This document shows, in pieces, positions 9,440 through 19,443 of a stretch of DNA of 64,000 bases. Position numbers and translations under genes: made by a program. The first letter of the stretch is position 1. Each line of letters opens with the position of its first letter. Under the pieces are notes generated by a model. That model was given only the letters and a program-made list of their open reading frames with translations. It was not told where the DNA came from and searched no databases. The DNA is from a virus: the IMG/VR virus record IMGVR_UViG_3300033145_001047, positions 22,168 through 86,167 of that record; one strand, 5' to 3'.

Positions 9440-10429
9440 TCATCTCAGCCACCACTCACTCTCCACGTACCACATGATCGTCTTCGCCAGCTCGGTGTCG
9501 ACCTCTCGCTTCGGCTCCCATCCCAGGTCGAGCAGCTTCCGGCAGTTTATGTCGTACCGCCGGTCGTGGACGGGCCGTATTTTCGAGTCGTCGATGAACT
9601 CTATCCTGTCGGTCGGTCGCCCGGTCATGACCAGGACCTTCTCCGCCAGCTCCAGGTTCGTCAGCTCTTGACGCGCCCCGATGTTGTAGGTCCCCGGCTC
9701 CGCCCTGTCCACGAGGAACTTGATAGCCTCGCAGTGGTCGAAGACGTGCAGCCACATCCGCGTGTGCTGTCCGTCGCCGTAGACCGGCAGCTTCTCGTCG
9801 TCGAGGGCCTTCCGGATGAACGTCGGGAGGACCTTCTGCTTATGCTGCCAGGGGCCGTAGTTGTTCTCGCACCTGGTGATGATTGCCGGGAAGCCGAAGG
9901 CATTCGACCAGCCCGTCACGAGCTGTTCCGCCGCCGCCTTCGTCGCGCTGTACGGGTTCGTAGGATTCAACAGGCACTCCTCGGTGTACCCGTCTACGAA
10001 GCGCCTGAACCTTTCCCCTTGCGGTGCTATGGGACCATAGACCTCGTCGGTCGAGACATACACGAACACCTTCGGAGGGAAGGCCCGGCACTGCTCCAGG
10101 AGGTTCGCCGTCCCCACTATGTTGTTCTGAACGTGGGACATAGGGCTCCGGAACGAGTGGTCGACGAACGTCTTCGCCGCGAAGTGGACCACCTGGGTCA
10201 CGCCCTCCAGCAGCTCGGAGATATCGCCGGTCAGGTCCGCGTCGACGATTCGCAGCCGCGACGGACTGCAGTGGTGTCCCTTCACGAGCCGCTGCAGCCG
10301 CATAGCTTCCTTGAAGTCTTCCTTGTTGTCGAACGCGACGATAGAGGCGTCTGTCTCCGAGAGCATGATGTCACAGAAGTGGGAGCCAATGAACCCCGAC
10401 GCGCCGGTTACCAGGATGGTCTCGCTCAT
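9440..10429 (-). CDS. rfbB: dTDP-glucose 4,6-dehydratase
   Basis: VTGASGFIGS, HFAAKTFVD, VSTDEVYG, PYSATKAA, NNYGPWQ, VYGDG and RPVHDRRY. Confidence 0.95.
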   Translation of the reverse strand: MSETILVTGASGFIGSHFCDIMLSETDASIVAFDNKEDFKEAMRLQRLVKGHHCSPSRLRIVDADLTGDISELLEGVTQVVHFAAKTFVDHSFRSPMSHVQNNIVGTANLLEQCRAFPPKVFVYVSTDEVYGPIAPQGERFRRFVDGYTEECLLNPTNPYSATKAAAEQLVTGWSNAFGFPAIITRCENNYGPWQHKQKVLPTFIRKALDDEKLPVYGDGQHTRMWLHVFDHCEAIKFLVDRAEPGTYNIGARQELTNLELAEKVLVMTGRPTDRIEFIDDSKIRPVHDRRYDINCRKLLDLGWEPKREVDTELAKTIMWYVESEWWLR

Positions 10430-10722
10430 GACGCCTTCCCCTTGAAGAGTTCCGGCGTCCTCACCTGAACATGTACTGGATTACCGTGGCGAATCACGGA
10501 CCCGAGCCAGCGGTCGCGTTCATCACGATGGTACTCGATGTTGTTGAGAAGACATATCACGTGCAGCGGACGTATTTCGTCGTCTTCGACCGTCTCGACC
10601 AGTAGCAGTATCGTGTCACCGTCTTCGACCATCCGGAACTCTACCGGCATTCCTTTCACGTGGAACGTCCGGGCCATTGTGCCGCCGACGACCGGGCTGA
10701 TATCGTAGCTGAATATCTTCAC
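10426..10722 (-). CDS. Hypothetical beta-rich protein (paralog of next ORF)
   Basis: Ends WLGSVIRHGNPVHVQV, similar to YLGTFVDEGGYDIHLFV in 10719-11039. Confidence 0.6.
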   Translation of the reverse strand: MKIFSYDISPVVGGTMARTFHVKGMPVEFRMVEDGDTILLLVETVEDDEIRPLHVICLLNNIEYHRDERDRWLGSVIRHGNPVHVQVRTPELFKGKAS

Positions 10723-11039
10723 TTGTTCACCTTCACGAACAGGTGGATGTCGTAGCCGCCTTCGTCCACGAACGTCCCGAGGTACTCGCCCTTCTCTTCC
10801 ATGTCGAAGTTGAAGCCGTCACCGAGGCACGTGAACTCGATGGTGTAGTTTTCATAGTCTTCCGGGTTCCGCAACACGATAACCGTCACCATTCCGTTCT
10901 CGTTCTGCACGACCTTGAGCACTCGCACGAAACCGAAGACATGCTGCCAGGCGTTCGCGCCGAACCCGATAGTGAACGCGGGGGTGCTCTCAATCCTTGA
11001 CTGCATCATGCCCCTCCTGTGTCGTTCTCTTCGAGCCAC
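10719..11039 (-). CDS. Hypothetical beta-rich protein
   Basis: Coupled ORF; shares its C-terminal pattern with 10426-10722. Confidence 0.6.
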   Translation of the reverse strand: MARRERHRRGMMQSRIESTPAFTIGFGANAWQHVFGFVRVLKVVQNENGMVTVIVLRNPEDYENYTIEFTCLGDGFNFDMEEKGEYLGTFVDEGGYDIHLFVKVNK

Positions 11040-11788
11040 AGCCCGACCGCTTCCTTGAGATACTCGCCGATGTCGCGCTGTTGCACCTTCGACAGGTTCG
11101 TCACCACTTCCATCATTGCGCGAAGGTCGTCGTCCATCGTGATCGTGAGATGCAGCTCACCGCCGTGGGTGAAGTACATGAAGTTCAGGTCCAGGGTGTC
11201 GCCGTAGTCGTCGAACAGCTTCGTAAGAATGCTCCCGAGTTCCTGGACGGTCTGTGCACCTTTCGCCGCCTTCGTGACCTGGGACTTCAACTCCGGGGGG
11301 AGGCCGGTCGTCACCTGTCGAATGACGCCCTTGAGTTCGTCCTCTTCCTGCATGTGCATCATTTTCAGGACGCGCTCTTGCCCGTACTTTTCCTTGAACT
11401 GTTCGTAGTGTTTCGTGAACGTCTCGGGGTCGATGTTGCCGCGTATCAGGTTATCGCTGAATGCGTCGAGGACCGCGTGGTCTCGCGTCTCGTACTCGCC
11501 TATCACACACGGGACGGTCTCCAGCTCCAGGTAGAGGGCCGCGTCGCAGCGGTGATTGCCCTTGATTACTTCGTAGACCTGCTCGTCTTCGTTCCAGTAG
11601 ACCTTGATCTCCTGGTCGAATCCTTTCTCTCGAATCTTCTCGACCAGCTCCTCGAACGCCTGCTCGGTCATGACGTTCGGATTCTCTGGCAGCTTGCGTA
11701 TCTTGGAGAGTTCGATGTCCATGCGTTCCAGCTTCTCGTCAGTGGTGGATTCGGAAGGGACCGGGTCGGCGTCGACGACGGGGCTCAC
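11006..11788 (-). CDS. ParB/Srx N-terminal domain protein
   Basis: NPNVM...FEELVEKIREKGF...YEVIKGNHRCDAA...VPC is the ParB-N pattern; such genes are common upstream of phage terminases. Confidence 0.85.
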   Translation of the reverse strand: MSPVVDADPVPSESTTDEKLERMDIELSKIRKLPENPNVMTEQAFEELVEKIREKGFDQEIKVYWNEDEQVYEVIKGNHRCDAALYLELETVPCVIGEYETRDHAVLDAFSDNLIRGNIDPETFTKHYEQFKEKYGQERVLKMMHMQEEDELKGVIRQVTTGLPPELKSQVTKAAKGAQTVQELGSILTKLFDDYGDTLDLNFMYFTHGGELHLTITMDDDLRAMMEVVTNLSKVQQRDIGEYLKEAVGLWLEENDTGGA

Positions 11789-12132
11789 TTCGCTGACTCC
11801 TGTCTCATGATGAACTCGTCGACGTTCTTCGGCCTTCGGCGTCGCGCCTCGCGTTCGATCTTGTCGAACATGGTGTCGATGTCCGGCTCGTCAGGTAGCC
11901 GCGCTTTCTCTTCGCATTCGCCGAACTGCAGGAGATGCTTCAACACGCCGACCTCTATCCGAAGTTCGATCACTTGCTCGTGCACGACCTTGAGACTATT
12001 CCACTGGGCCTTCTCTTGTTCCTGCTTCGATGTGTACAGCCAGCCGAGGGCGGTCAGTAGGATTGCTGTCACGAGTCCGAGGAGATAGGTGGGGGCTTTT
12101 TCTTTTGTGTACCACTTGGTCCGCATTTCCAC
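11785..12132 (-). CDS. Single-pass membrane protein with coiled coil
   Basis: Hydrophobic LLGLVTAILLTALGWLY followed by a charged helical segment. Confidence 0.65.
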   Translation of the reverse strand: MEMRTKWYTKEKAPTYLLGLVTAILLTALGWLYTSKQEQEKAQWNSLKVVHEQVIELRIEVGVLKHLLQFGECEEKARLPDEPDIDTMFDKIEREARRRRPKNVDEFIMRQESAK

Positions 12133-12285
12133 CAGCTTTTCCTCTCAATCGCTGTTCGATTCTCGACCCGTTCAGCAGGTCGTGGGGTTCGTGAAGAACT
12201 CGCTGGTGATTTTCTAACACACCACCATGTAGTGGTGCAAGATAATACACACGGCCAGGGAAAGTATTTTTTCGGAGGGGGGTCC

Positions 12286-12525
12286 CTATATCTTGTGGCC
12301 GACCTTCTCTATCAGGGCCGTCAGCTCCTCGGGGTGCTCCCGGACGGCCAGCCCTTCCTTGCTGTCGCGGACGAATATCATGGCCCCCTTGACCAGGACC
12401 GTGACCGGAACTCCATGCTGTTTCTCCTCTTCCTCCCACTGGAACGGGGTGATAACGTCTATCCTGTCCAGCCGGACCAGCGTCGGGTGCCCGGCCTTCT
12501 TCGCGGTAACCTTCAAGAACTGCAT
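12286..12525 (-). CDS. FlbD-like small protein
   Basis: Pattern FLKVT...VRLDRIDVI...LAVREHPEELTALI resembles the FlbD family. Confidence 0.4.
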   Translation of the reverse strand: MQFLKVTAKKAGHPTLVRLDRIDVITPFQWEEEEKQHGVPVTVLVKGAMIFVRDSKEGLAVREHPEELTALIEKVGHKI

Positions 12526-12866
12526 AGCTTCCTCCTGTCTATGTACCTGTATCCCCTGAATCCCTTCATCGGCACCGGCTTGATCTCGTGTATCTCCGGC
12601 TTGAGCACAGCCACCAGGCCGGGGAACAGGACCCTACTGTGGTCGCACCGTCTGTTCTCGTCGAAGCCGAGGATTACGTGATACGCTCTGACCGCTCCCT
12701 CCCACACGAAGTACATCCGGTCGCCGTGTCCGGCGTTCCTCGGCTCGGTGGGGATACTCCAAAAGTACATCCAGTCCTCGCCCTTCTTCATCCCCTCGGC
12801 CACACGTGCCTCCTCTTCCTCCACCAGCTTGAGCCGGGTCTTCGGTATCGTCACGACTATGTCCAT
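12513..12866 (-). CDS. PUA/ASCH-like domain protein
   Basis: GDRMYFVWEG and C-terminal PVPMKGFRGYRY. Confidence 0.55.
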   Translation of the reverse strand: MDIVVTIPKTRLKLVEEEEARVAEGMKKGEDWMYFWSIPTEPRNAGHGDRMYFVWEGAVRAYHVILGFDENRRCDHSRVLFPGLVAVLKPEIHEIKPVPMKGFRGYRYIDRRKLCSS

Positions 12867-13059
12867 CGTTTTCCCTCCGCCTTCTCTATGACCCGCTTCA
12901 TGTGCTCGGGAGCCTCGTCATACGCGCACCCTGGGACCCAGTGCCCCTCGACATATTTGAAGTAACACTTCGTCGCGTCGCCGTACGGCTCCTCCCCGTA
13001 GGCGTTCGAGACCGCTGTGTTCGTATCGCCTCCGCAGCCGGAACACGTCAACGGTGGCA

Positions 13060-13815
13060 TCAGTCTCCACCGGCCAGCAGGAGCCCCATGCTCCCGCTCT
13101 TGATTGCCTTGAGTACCTTCTTCTCGTCGGCGAAGAACTTCTTGACACCGGAGTCCAGCTTGCACAGCGACATCATGGACAGGTAGAAAAACTTCGCCGC
13201 CTCTTCCGTGTACGGCATCTCCCGAGAATCGTCCGGGAGCTGTACCTTCTGGAAGCCGTTGAGCAGAAGACCGAACTCACCGAGCACTTCCTCGCCAGCT
13301 CCGAAACACATGAGAATATATTCGACTTTCCTGTGTATCTTCCCCCTCGTGTGGGTCCGCTTCGTGGACAGCTCGGCCATTAACGAGACGGAGTAGTCGT
13401 ACTCACTGTTGAAACTGTCGGAATACTTGCGCCCCATCGTCTTCGCCCAATTGTAATAGCCGACGGCATCTTCCATCACGCTCCCGTTCGGATACACGTT
13501 TCCCTTCTTGTCCTCGCAGTAGTGACACGTCGCTCGGACGTGGTACCGAATGACGATCTCCTCGACCGTCTTGTATGCGAGGTACTGCTCCAGCGCACCA
13601 TCGACCATTCCTTTCAGCTCTATCAGGGACGTCGCGCTGAACCGAACCCCGCCCCGGTAGTAGTGCGCACCGTCAACATTTCGTAGCTCCTCACGGTATT
13701 CCTTCGGAACCATCATATTGAACATGCCGTCGGTCGTTACGGTGACGGGGACCGAGAACTTGATCTCCTCCCCGCTCTTCGCCTCGTGCTGGAACAAAAC
13801 ATTCCGGAGCTTCAT
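13060..13815 (-). CDS. Hypothetical protein
   Basis: 251 aa coupled ORF; no recognised motif. Confidence 0.75.
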   Translation of the reverse strand: MKLRNVLFQHEAKSGEEIKFSVPVTVTTDGMFNMMVPKEYREELRNVDGAHYYRGGVRFSATSLIELKGMVDGALEQYLAYKTVEEIVIRYHVRATCHYCEDKKGNVYPNGSVMEDAVGYYNWAKTMGRKYSDSFNSEYDYSVSLMAELSTKRTHTRGKIHRKVEYILMCFGAGEEVLGEFGLLLNGFQKVQLPDDSREMPYTEEAAKFFYLSMMSLCKLDSGVKKFFADEKKVLKAIKSGSMGLLLAGGD

Positions 13816-14800
13816 CGTTTCCCTACACCCTCGAATCCTATGGCCTTACTTGCCCGGACGTGTTCGTCGTGGCCGACCTCCGTCCGCTTCTTCGTCATGA
13901 CCTCCCGATAGTACACGCCGGTCTCCCTATCGAAGAAGGGGGAAGGGCACGGCTCGTTCCTCCACTTCTTCAAGAGCTGCTCGTACGTCGCCTCGTCTAT
14001 CCACTTCTTGATCTTCGGGTCGATCATTGTGTCGTGATCTCGAAGGTCGCCTCGCGCTCCCCGGTGAAGAACGGCAGCGCCTCTTTCACGAACTCGTCGA
14101 CGTCGTGCCTGATATAGTTACAGCCAGTGCCGGACATGTCTCTCGGGAAGCAATTGGCGAGAGCCTCTACTGTCTTCGGCTGTTCTCTGTCAATCGCCTC
14201 CGCTATCCGTAGCGTCTCCCCCTGATAGTCTCCGGTTATCAGGTGACACGGTCTCCACAGCAGCATCAGCGTCCGCGCCGTCGGATTCCGCCACACGTCG
14301 CTCCACTCGTCGCTGCTCTCGATATCGAACCCAATCTTGACCGGCAATGTCGGAAGTATACTCACGTGATCTCCTCGGACCAGGCGTCCGCTTCGTCGAC
14401 CCCGCGCTTCTTGATCTCCGCCTGGGCCATCTCCTGAATTTCCTCTACCGTGTCGGCCTCGATCACGACGTTGTCCTGGGTTCGGTCGCCGTACTTCCCA
14501 GGGATGTCCCAACATATCCGGACTCTCATGACAGCCTCCTCCTCAGCTCCTCGACCTCTCTCTTCAATCGCTCGACCTCGTTCGTCAGGGAGAATATCAC
14601 GTTCGGGTACGACAGCTTGTACGCCTCGCGTATCTCGTCCTTCAGCTTCTGCTCCGGGCTCTTCGGTGGCTGGTCGGTTATGATTCCCAGGAAGACCGTG
14701 TGTCCGCAGTTCGGACATCCGCCCACCGTTCTGTACGGCGTAACCGTCACGGTCAGCTCGTCCCCGTCGTACCGTTCATGACATCCCTGACACTCTAGTA

Positions 14801-15628
14801 TCATTTCTTCCCCCTCAGTATGAGTCGCAACTCTTCACGCTTGTCCCGGAGCATGTGCTCCGTTTCCATCAGCAGTTCTAGAGTTTCCTCCATGCCGTTC
14901 CCGCCGTTCTCGATCTCTTCGAGCCGCGCCTTGATAGCATCGTCCATGTTCCAGGAGTGGATGTTCACCCCGAGCGTATCGACGAACGTCTGGACGGCCT
15001 TGAGTTTCTCGACCCGCTTCTCCATCTCGTGTATCTTCGTGTCCGCCCTGTCGACTCGTTCGCTCACCAGCTCGGCGACCTTCCGGCTCACGTTCCATCC
15101 TATCTGTTTCTTCTCGTCCTTGAGCAGGAGCCAGTCCCGCCAGTAGCCGACGTCCTTGCTCCCGATTCTCCCCTCGTATCCTACCTGTGCCCTGGACATC
15201 ATGACGTACATGAACAGGGAGAGCGGGACCTCGATGTTCCGGTAGGGTGCCTTTTTCTTCGTGTACAGTCTGCAGGAGTTCTTCGACGTGACGACCAGCC
15301 CCGCATCCTCCGGTATCTCCTCCGGCTGCAGCACTCCCCAGGGAGCCGCGAAGTAGAACTCGTTGCAGTACGGGAGGTACGACATCCACTTCTTGTCCTG
15401 TATGAAGTCGCGCCGGTTCGACTTGATCTCGTAGACACACGTCCTCGGGTTCGAGTATGACCGGGCCATTGTCCACAGGTCCATCCGCTCGTGCTTCCCG
15501 TACCAGGTGGGTCCTCCCTTGCACTCGGGGACGCACACGTCCGGGCTGTGACGGACCAGCAGCAGGTTGAGTATGCTCTTCGTCGTCGCGGTCTTGTTCA
15601 GCTTCGGATGTTGCTTCTTTTTCGCCAC
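14801..15628 (-). CDS. MmcB-like PD-(D/E)xK nuclease with C-terminal coiled coil
   Basis: RMDLW...YEIKSNRRDFIQDKKWMSYLPYCNEFYFAAP...EIPEDAGL; GTG start inferred. Confidence 0.8.
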   Translation of the reverse strand: MAKKKQHPKLNKTATTKSILNLLLVRHSPDVCVPECKGGPTWYGKHERMDLWTMARSYSNPRTCVYEIKSNRRDFIQDKKWMSYLPYCNEFYFAAPWGVLQPEEIPEDAGLVVTSKNSCRLYTKKKAPYRNIEVPLSLFMYVMMSRAQVGYEGRIGSKDVGYWRDWLLLKDEKKQIGWNVSRKVAELVSERVDRADTKIHEMEKRVEKLKAVQTFVDTLGVNIHSWNMDDAIKARLEEIENGGNGMEETLELLMETEHMLRDKREELRLILRGKK

Positions 15629-15825
15629 CTGAGAATCCCCCATACCGCAAGACAAAAATAGACGGCGAAAAGAGCTGCCTGAGCGTACGAGCCGATATAG
15701 AAGTCGTACGCCATCCAGGAAAAGTTGGTCACCGACCAGATATAGAAACACTCACGGCGCTTGTAGATATTCAGCACCACCCCGACAATGCTTAGACATG
15801 CAAGAGTCCATGTTGCTGTTATCAT
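15598..15825 (-). CDS. Small PnuC-like membrane protein
   Basis: 75 aa with three hydrophobic segments: SIVGVVLNI, CFYIWSVTNFSW, FAVYFCLAVWG. Confidence 0.65.
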   Translation of the reverse strand: MITATWTLACLSIVGVVLNIYKRRECFYIWSVTNFSWMAYDFYIGSYAQAALFAVYFCLAVWGILRWRKRSNIRS

Positions 15826-18068
15826 TCTTCTTCGCCGTACAGGGTGCGCTGATACTTCTCTGCCCGTTTCAAATTTTTGCAAGCATCCTTCCAGTATGTT
15901 TCTTTCAATTCTATCCCGATGAACTCCCTGCCGAATCTCACAGCCTGATATCCTTCCGACCCTATACCTGCAAAGGGCGAGAATACTACATCGCCAGGTG
16001 CGCTCCACAATTTAATGCACCGCTCAATCACTCCAAGCTGTAACGGGCAGAGATGCTTTTCGTCTTCGATGTCCTTGGCGGGCCTCGATGATAATACATC
16101 CGATTCTTTAATGCCGCCCTTGCCGATTCTGTGCGCTCCGTACCAAACAGCAGACGCCCACTGTATCCAATCCTCTCGCGTAATCCATCCGTCTGCATTT
16201 CGTTTTTTCACGTCCGGGTGGTCTATCAGGGCTCGGATAGGCACCTTATTCTCGCCTCGTTTCTTGAATTGAAGAAGGTAGTCCGGCATCGTTCCTGTCA
16301 ATACTGACGAATCCTTCGCTGCCGTCTTCATGGCAAGTCCATGATCTTTTGTTCTCGCGGCTTTGAGTTGCGGGTCTTTGTCAATCGTGCGCTCACTCGC
16401 ATAGATCCAATCGTGATCCTGCAGTAGCCTGATTATCTCGCCTCGGAAATCCCGCATTCCAGAATATCCCTCATGCCGCTTGAATACGGGTTCTTGCGTC
16501 AGATGAATACAGCATGAACGGCCCGGCATCGTTATCCGGTACAGATCGTCAATAAAGAATGAGAAGTGGGCGATTAGCTGTGCGATGGAATTCACGTTTC
16601 CGATGTCTCGGCGGCTGTTCGAGTAGGCGTACATTCCAGGGAAGGGGGGAGAGAACACTGTCAGGCCGATTGAGTCATCGGCTATCCCCTTCACGGATTC
16701 GATGCAGTCCCCGAGAATCATCTTCCAGCCTTTTCCCTCTTTGATCTTTTCCACATACGCCCCATCATCCCGCTTCGCTCGGTCGCCCTGAATTGTCCGC
16801 ATGTGCGATGTTATCTCATCCATCATCTCCATCGACTGTTTCTCCTTCCTCTCGATATTCCGCCGTACCGCTCCCTCAGTTTCGGCGATAATGATATGCG
16901 CGTCCACATCTGACTTCTGCCCGAATCGCCAACATCGTCGTAATGCCTGGTAAAATTGCTCATACGAATCCGACAATCCGAGGAATGCGATGTTTGAGCA
17001 ATGCTGTAGGTTTAGCCCAAATCCAAAAATAGATGGCTTGCTAATCAAACAGCGAATCTTCCCCTCCGTGAAATCAATAATCGCCTGTTCCTTTTTCTCA
17101 ATACTGTCAGCTCCCTTGATTTCGACTGCGTCCTTGATTGCTTTCGCGGCATCTTCTGATTCGCGGTTCAGGTTGCACCACACAAGCCACTGGTTCTTAT
17201 CGCCGTTTATGATACTCGCCAGCTTTCCAACCCTGTCTCCGATGCTGTTCCTTCGCGCTGCCCTACGTTCGTCCATCGTTCTCGCTTCAATCGAGAACAG
17301 CATCCCCTTGTCAGGTGTGCCTGGATTCACAACATGCTCGTGGAGTCGTAGGGCAGGAAGATTGAACTTATTATCATCATATCCGAGGTCGGATGGCATT
17401 CTCATTGCGATTGACCACGATGCCATCCATTGCCAGAACTCCGACATCGCGTGTCCTTTCAACTTCCACTTGTGCGTTGTGTTACCGTCTTGGACGAAAA
17501 ACATTGCAATGATTTCCTTGTTGCTCATTATGTCGAGGAATTCAGCATGATTCGACAATTCGATTAGATCATTCGGTGCTGGTGTTGCCGTACACGCAAG
17601 ACGAAACGGAATATGGGACGCGAACTTAATAAGGTTCTTACGGTACACACCACCAAATGATTTCAGGATACTCGATTCGTCAAGAACAATCCCCTGATAA
17701 TGCTTTGAGTCAAACTTATCAAGCATTTCATAATTCGTTATCGTAATCTTGCTGTTGACATCATCCTGATTCCGGTGGTAGTCGACATGGATATCGAATT
17801 TCTGCCCCTCCCTAACCGTCTGCTGAGATACCGCAAGAGGCGCACATATAAGAACATTGCCTGGGACATGTTTCGCCCATTCAAGCTGTATAGGCGTCTT
17901 GCCAAGACCGCAATCTGCAAATACCGCCGCACGTCCACGCCGAAGCGCCCACCGAACGATATGCTTCTGAAAATCGAACAGCTTCGGATTGAGGATGACG
18001 CGATTCGTAATCCCTACCGGCTCTGCATCTACCCGTTTTGACTTCAAAAACTCGCCATACTTGTTCAT
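15822..18068 (-). CDS. SNF2-like helicase fused to an N4/N6 DNA methyltransferase
   Basis: ADCGLGKT, LDESS, TATPAPN, GLNLQ and QALRRCWRFGQ, then FSPPF and VFSPFAGIGSEG. More AT-rich than the core genome. Confidence 0.9.
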   Translation of the reverse strand: MNKYGEFLKSKRVDAEPVGITNRVILNPKLFDFQKHIVRWALRRGRAAVFADCGLGKTPIQLEWAKHVPGNVLICAPLAVSQQTVREGQKFDIHVDYHRNQDDVNSKITITNYEMLDKFDSKHYQGIVLDESSILKSFGGVYRKNLIKFASHIPFRLACTATPAPNDLIELSNHAEFLDIMSNKEIIAMFFVQDGNTTHKWKLKGHAMSEFWQWMASWSIAMRMPSDLGYDDNKFNLPALRLHEHVVNPGTPDKGMLFSIEARTMDERRAARRNSIGDRVGKLASIINGDKNQWLVWCNLNRESEDAAKAIKDAVEIKGADSIEKKEQAIIDFTEGKIRCLISKPSIFGFGLNLQHCSNIAFLGLSDSYEQFYQALRRCWRFGQKSDVDAHIIIAETEGAVRRNIERKEKQSMEMMDEITSHMRTIQGDRAKRDDGAYVEKIKEGKGWKMILGDCIESVKGIADDSIGLTVFSPPFPGMYAYSNSRRDIGNVNSIAQLIAHFSFFIDDLYRITMPGRSCCIHLTQEPVFKRHEGYSGMRDFRGEIIRLLQDHDWIYASERTIDKDPQLKAARTKDHGLAMKTAAKDSSVLTGTMPDYLLQFKKRGENKVPIRALIDHPDVKKRNADGWITREDWIQWASAVWYGAHRIGKGGIKESDVLSSRPAKDIEDEKHLCPLQLGVIERCIKLWSAPGDVVFSPFAGIGSEGYQAVRFGREFIGIELKETYWKDACKNLKRAEKYQRTLYGEEE

Positions 18069-18646
18069 CTCTCGTTCGTCTCCCCGCTATGATTCGGCCA
18101 GTCGTCGGGGAACTCGATCTCCAGGACCCGTCCGTCCGCCAGGATTATGCTGCCCTTGATCTTCTTCCCAGTCTCCGGGTCGACCACTCCGTGTCCGCAG
18201 CAGCAAGCGTCCGTGAAGACTCCCTCCTGAACGAGAGCGGTCACGATATCGGCAACACAGGAGTCCACCGGCTTCACAGACCATCGTTCGTCCCCGGTTC
18301 CACTCAGGTGTGCGGGGACAACGACGGAGACTTTCTTCGTCCCGCACTTGTAGTTCTTCCCCTCGATCACTTTCACGGCCATATGCTCACCGCACCGCAT
18401 AGTTCGCACGTGCCTTTGCTCATCACTCCCCTCCCTCCCTCCCCTCTTGGGGTGTGGGGGATCTATGGACGAACTGCACTGGGACCTGTTCTCAGAATCG
18501 AGACTATGAAAATGCAGAGGTTTTCCCATTGCCTGTGCAACAGCGTCGATCAATGCTGCGTGTCCCTTACAACAGAATGACCGTGCCTTCCCATCCCAGA
18601 CATAACTGAACTCTGCCAGTTCTTCACACCGCGTTGGTTCGCTCAT
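18065..18646 (-). CDS. Hypothetical Cys-containing protein
   Basis: Coupled ORF; VDSCVADIVTAL...TDACCCGHG motif seen in small phage proteins. Confidence 0.6.
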   Translation of the reverse strand: MSEPTRCEELAEFSYVWDGKARSFCCKGHAALIDAVAQAMGKPLHFHSLDSENRSQCSSSIDPPHPKRGGREGSDEQRHVRTMRCGEHMAVKVIEGKNYKCGTKKVSVVVPAHLSGTGDERWSVKPVDSCVADIVTALVQEGVFTDACCCGHGVVDPETGKKIKGSIILADGRVLEIEFPDDWPNHSGETNER

Positions 18647-19443
18647 CCCTCACCTCCCTTCCTCTTGGGGGCCTGCTGTTCGTTAGCGGTGGTGGGGGTG
18701 GCGTCCTTGTAGTAAAACCCTGCGACGTTTCCATGCAAACGGCTGCAGTTTTCGCGCATCTCAAACTTGTTATCTGCTGGTGTACAGCTCTCTTTGTGGT
18801 TACATCCATCCGCTTTAGGTTCATACCACTTACAATTAGAGCACACCTCTCCATCATCCCCCGCTTCTCCGGCCGGGGCAGCACACTTCTTACACGCAGC
18901 TACAGCATGTTCCTTGCATATCCTTGTTTCTGTGCCTCCGTACTTAACGTCTTTTGCTTCTCCGGTTGGGGTGTCCTGCTTGTCTAGGGTGGCGAGGGCA
19001 TGCGCTGCTATGCGAGCTGCCACACTTACTTCTCGATTGTCGATTTCTTCCAGCGCCTTCCTCGCACTCTCCAGCTTCCCCTCCGCAGCAGCCAGCTTGG
19101 CCTTGTCGAATTTGTGTTCCTCATGATAGGCAATGACTGTATCAACAGACATCATCTCTCCGGTGTATTTTGATACAACTTCTCTGAGTAGATCGTTCTC
19201 CGCCTCCATCTTTGAATACCGAACCTGTATCCTGTCAACCTCACTCCGATACTTTGCCCGAGTCTCCCCGCACTTCTCCCGTAGGCTGGCGTTCTCTGCC
19301 TTGAGGGTGATTACCTCTTCATCCTTATCAGCTACCAACTTGACGACCTTATTGTGTTTCTTTCTTGCGCCCTCCATCACTCCCCTCCCTTCCCCTGTGT
19401 TAGCTTCAACCTCCGGCACGTTCCCCATCGGTTCATCGTTCAT
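18643..19443 (-). CDS. Hypothetical coiled-coil protein (Ea22-like mosaic) with Cys-rich C-terminus
   Basis: Coiled-coil heptads, lower GC, coupled to neighbours. Confidence 0.55.
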   Translation of the reverse strand: MNDEPMGNVPEVEANTGEGRGVMEGARKKHNKVVKLVADKDEEVITLKAENASLREKCGETRAKYRSEVDRIQVRYSKMEAENDLLREVVSKYTGEMMSVDTVIAYHEEHKFDKAKLAAAEGKLESARKALEEIDNREVSVAARIAAHALATLDKQDTPTGEAKDVKYGGTETRICKEHAVAACKKCAAPAGEAGDDGEVCSNCKWYEPKADGCNHKESCTPADNKFEMRENCSRLHGNVAGFYYKDATPTTANEQQAPKRKGGEG

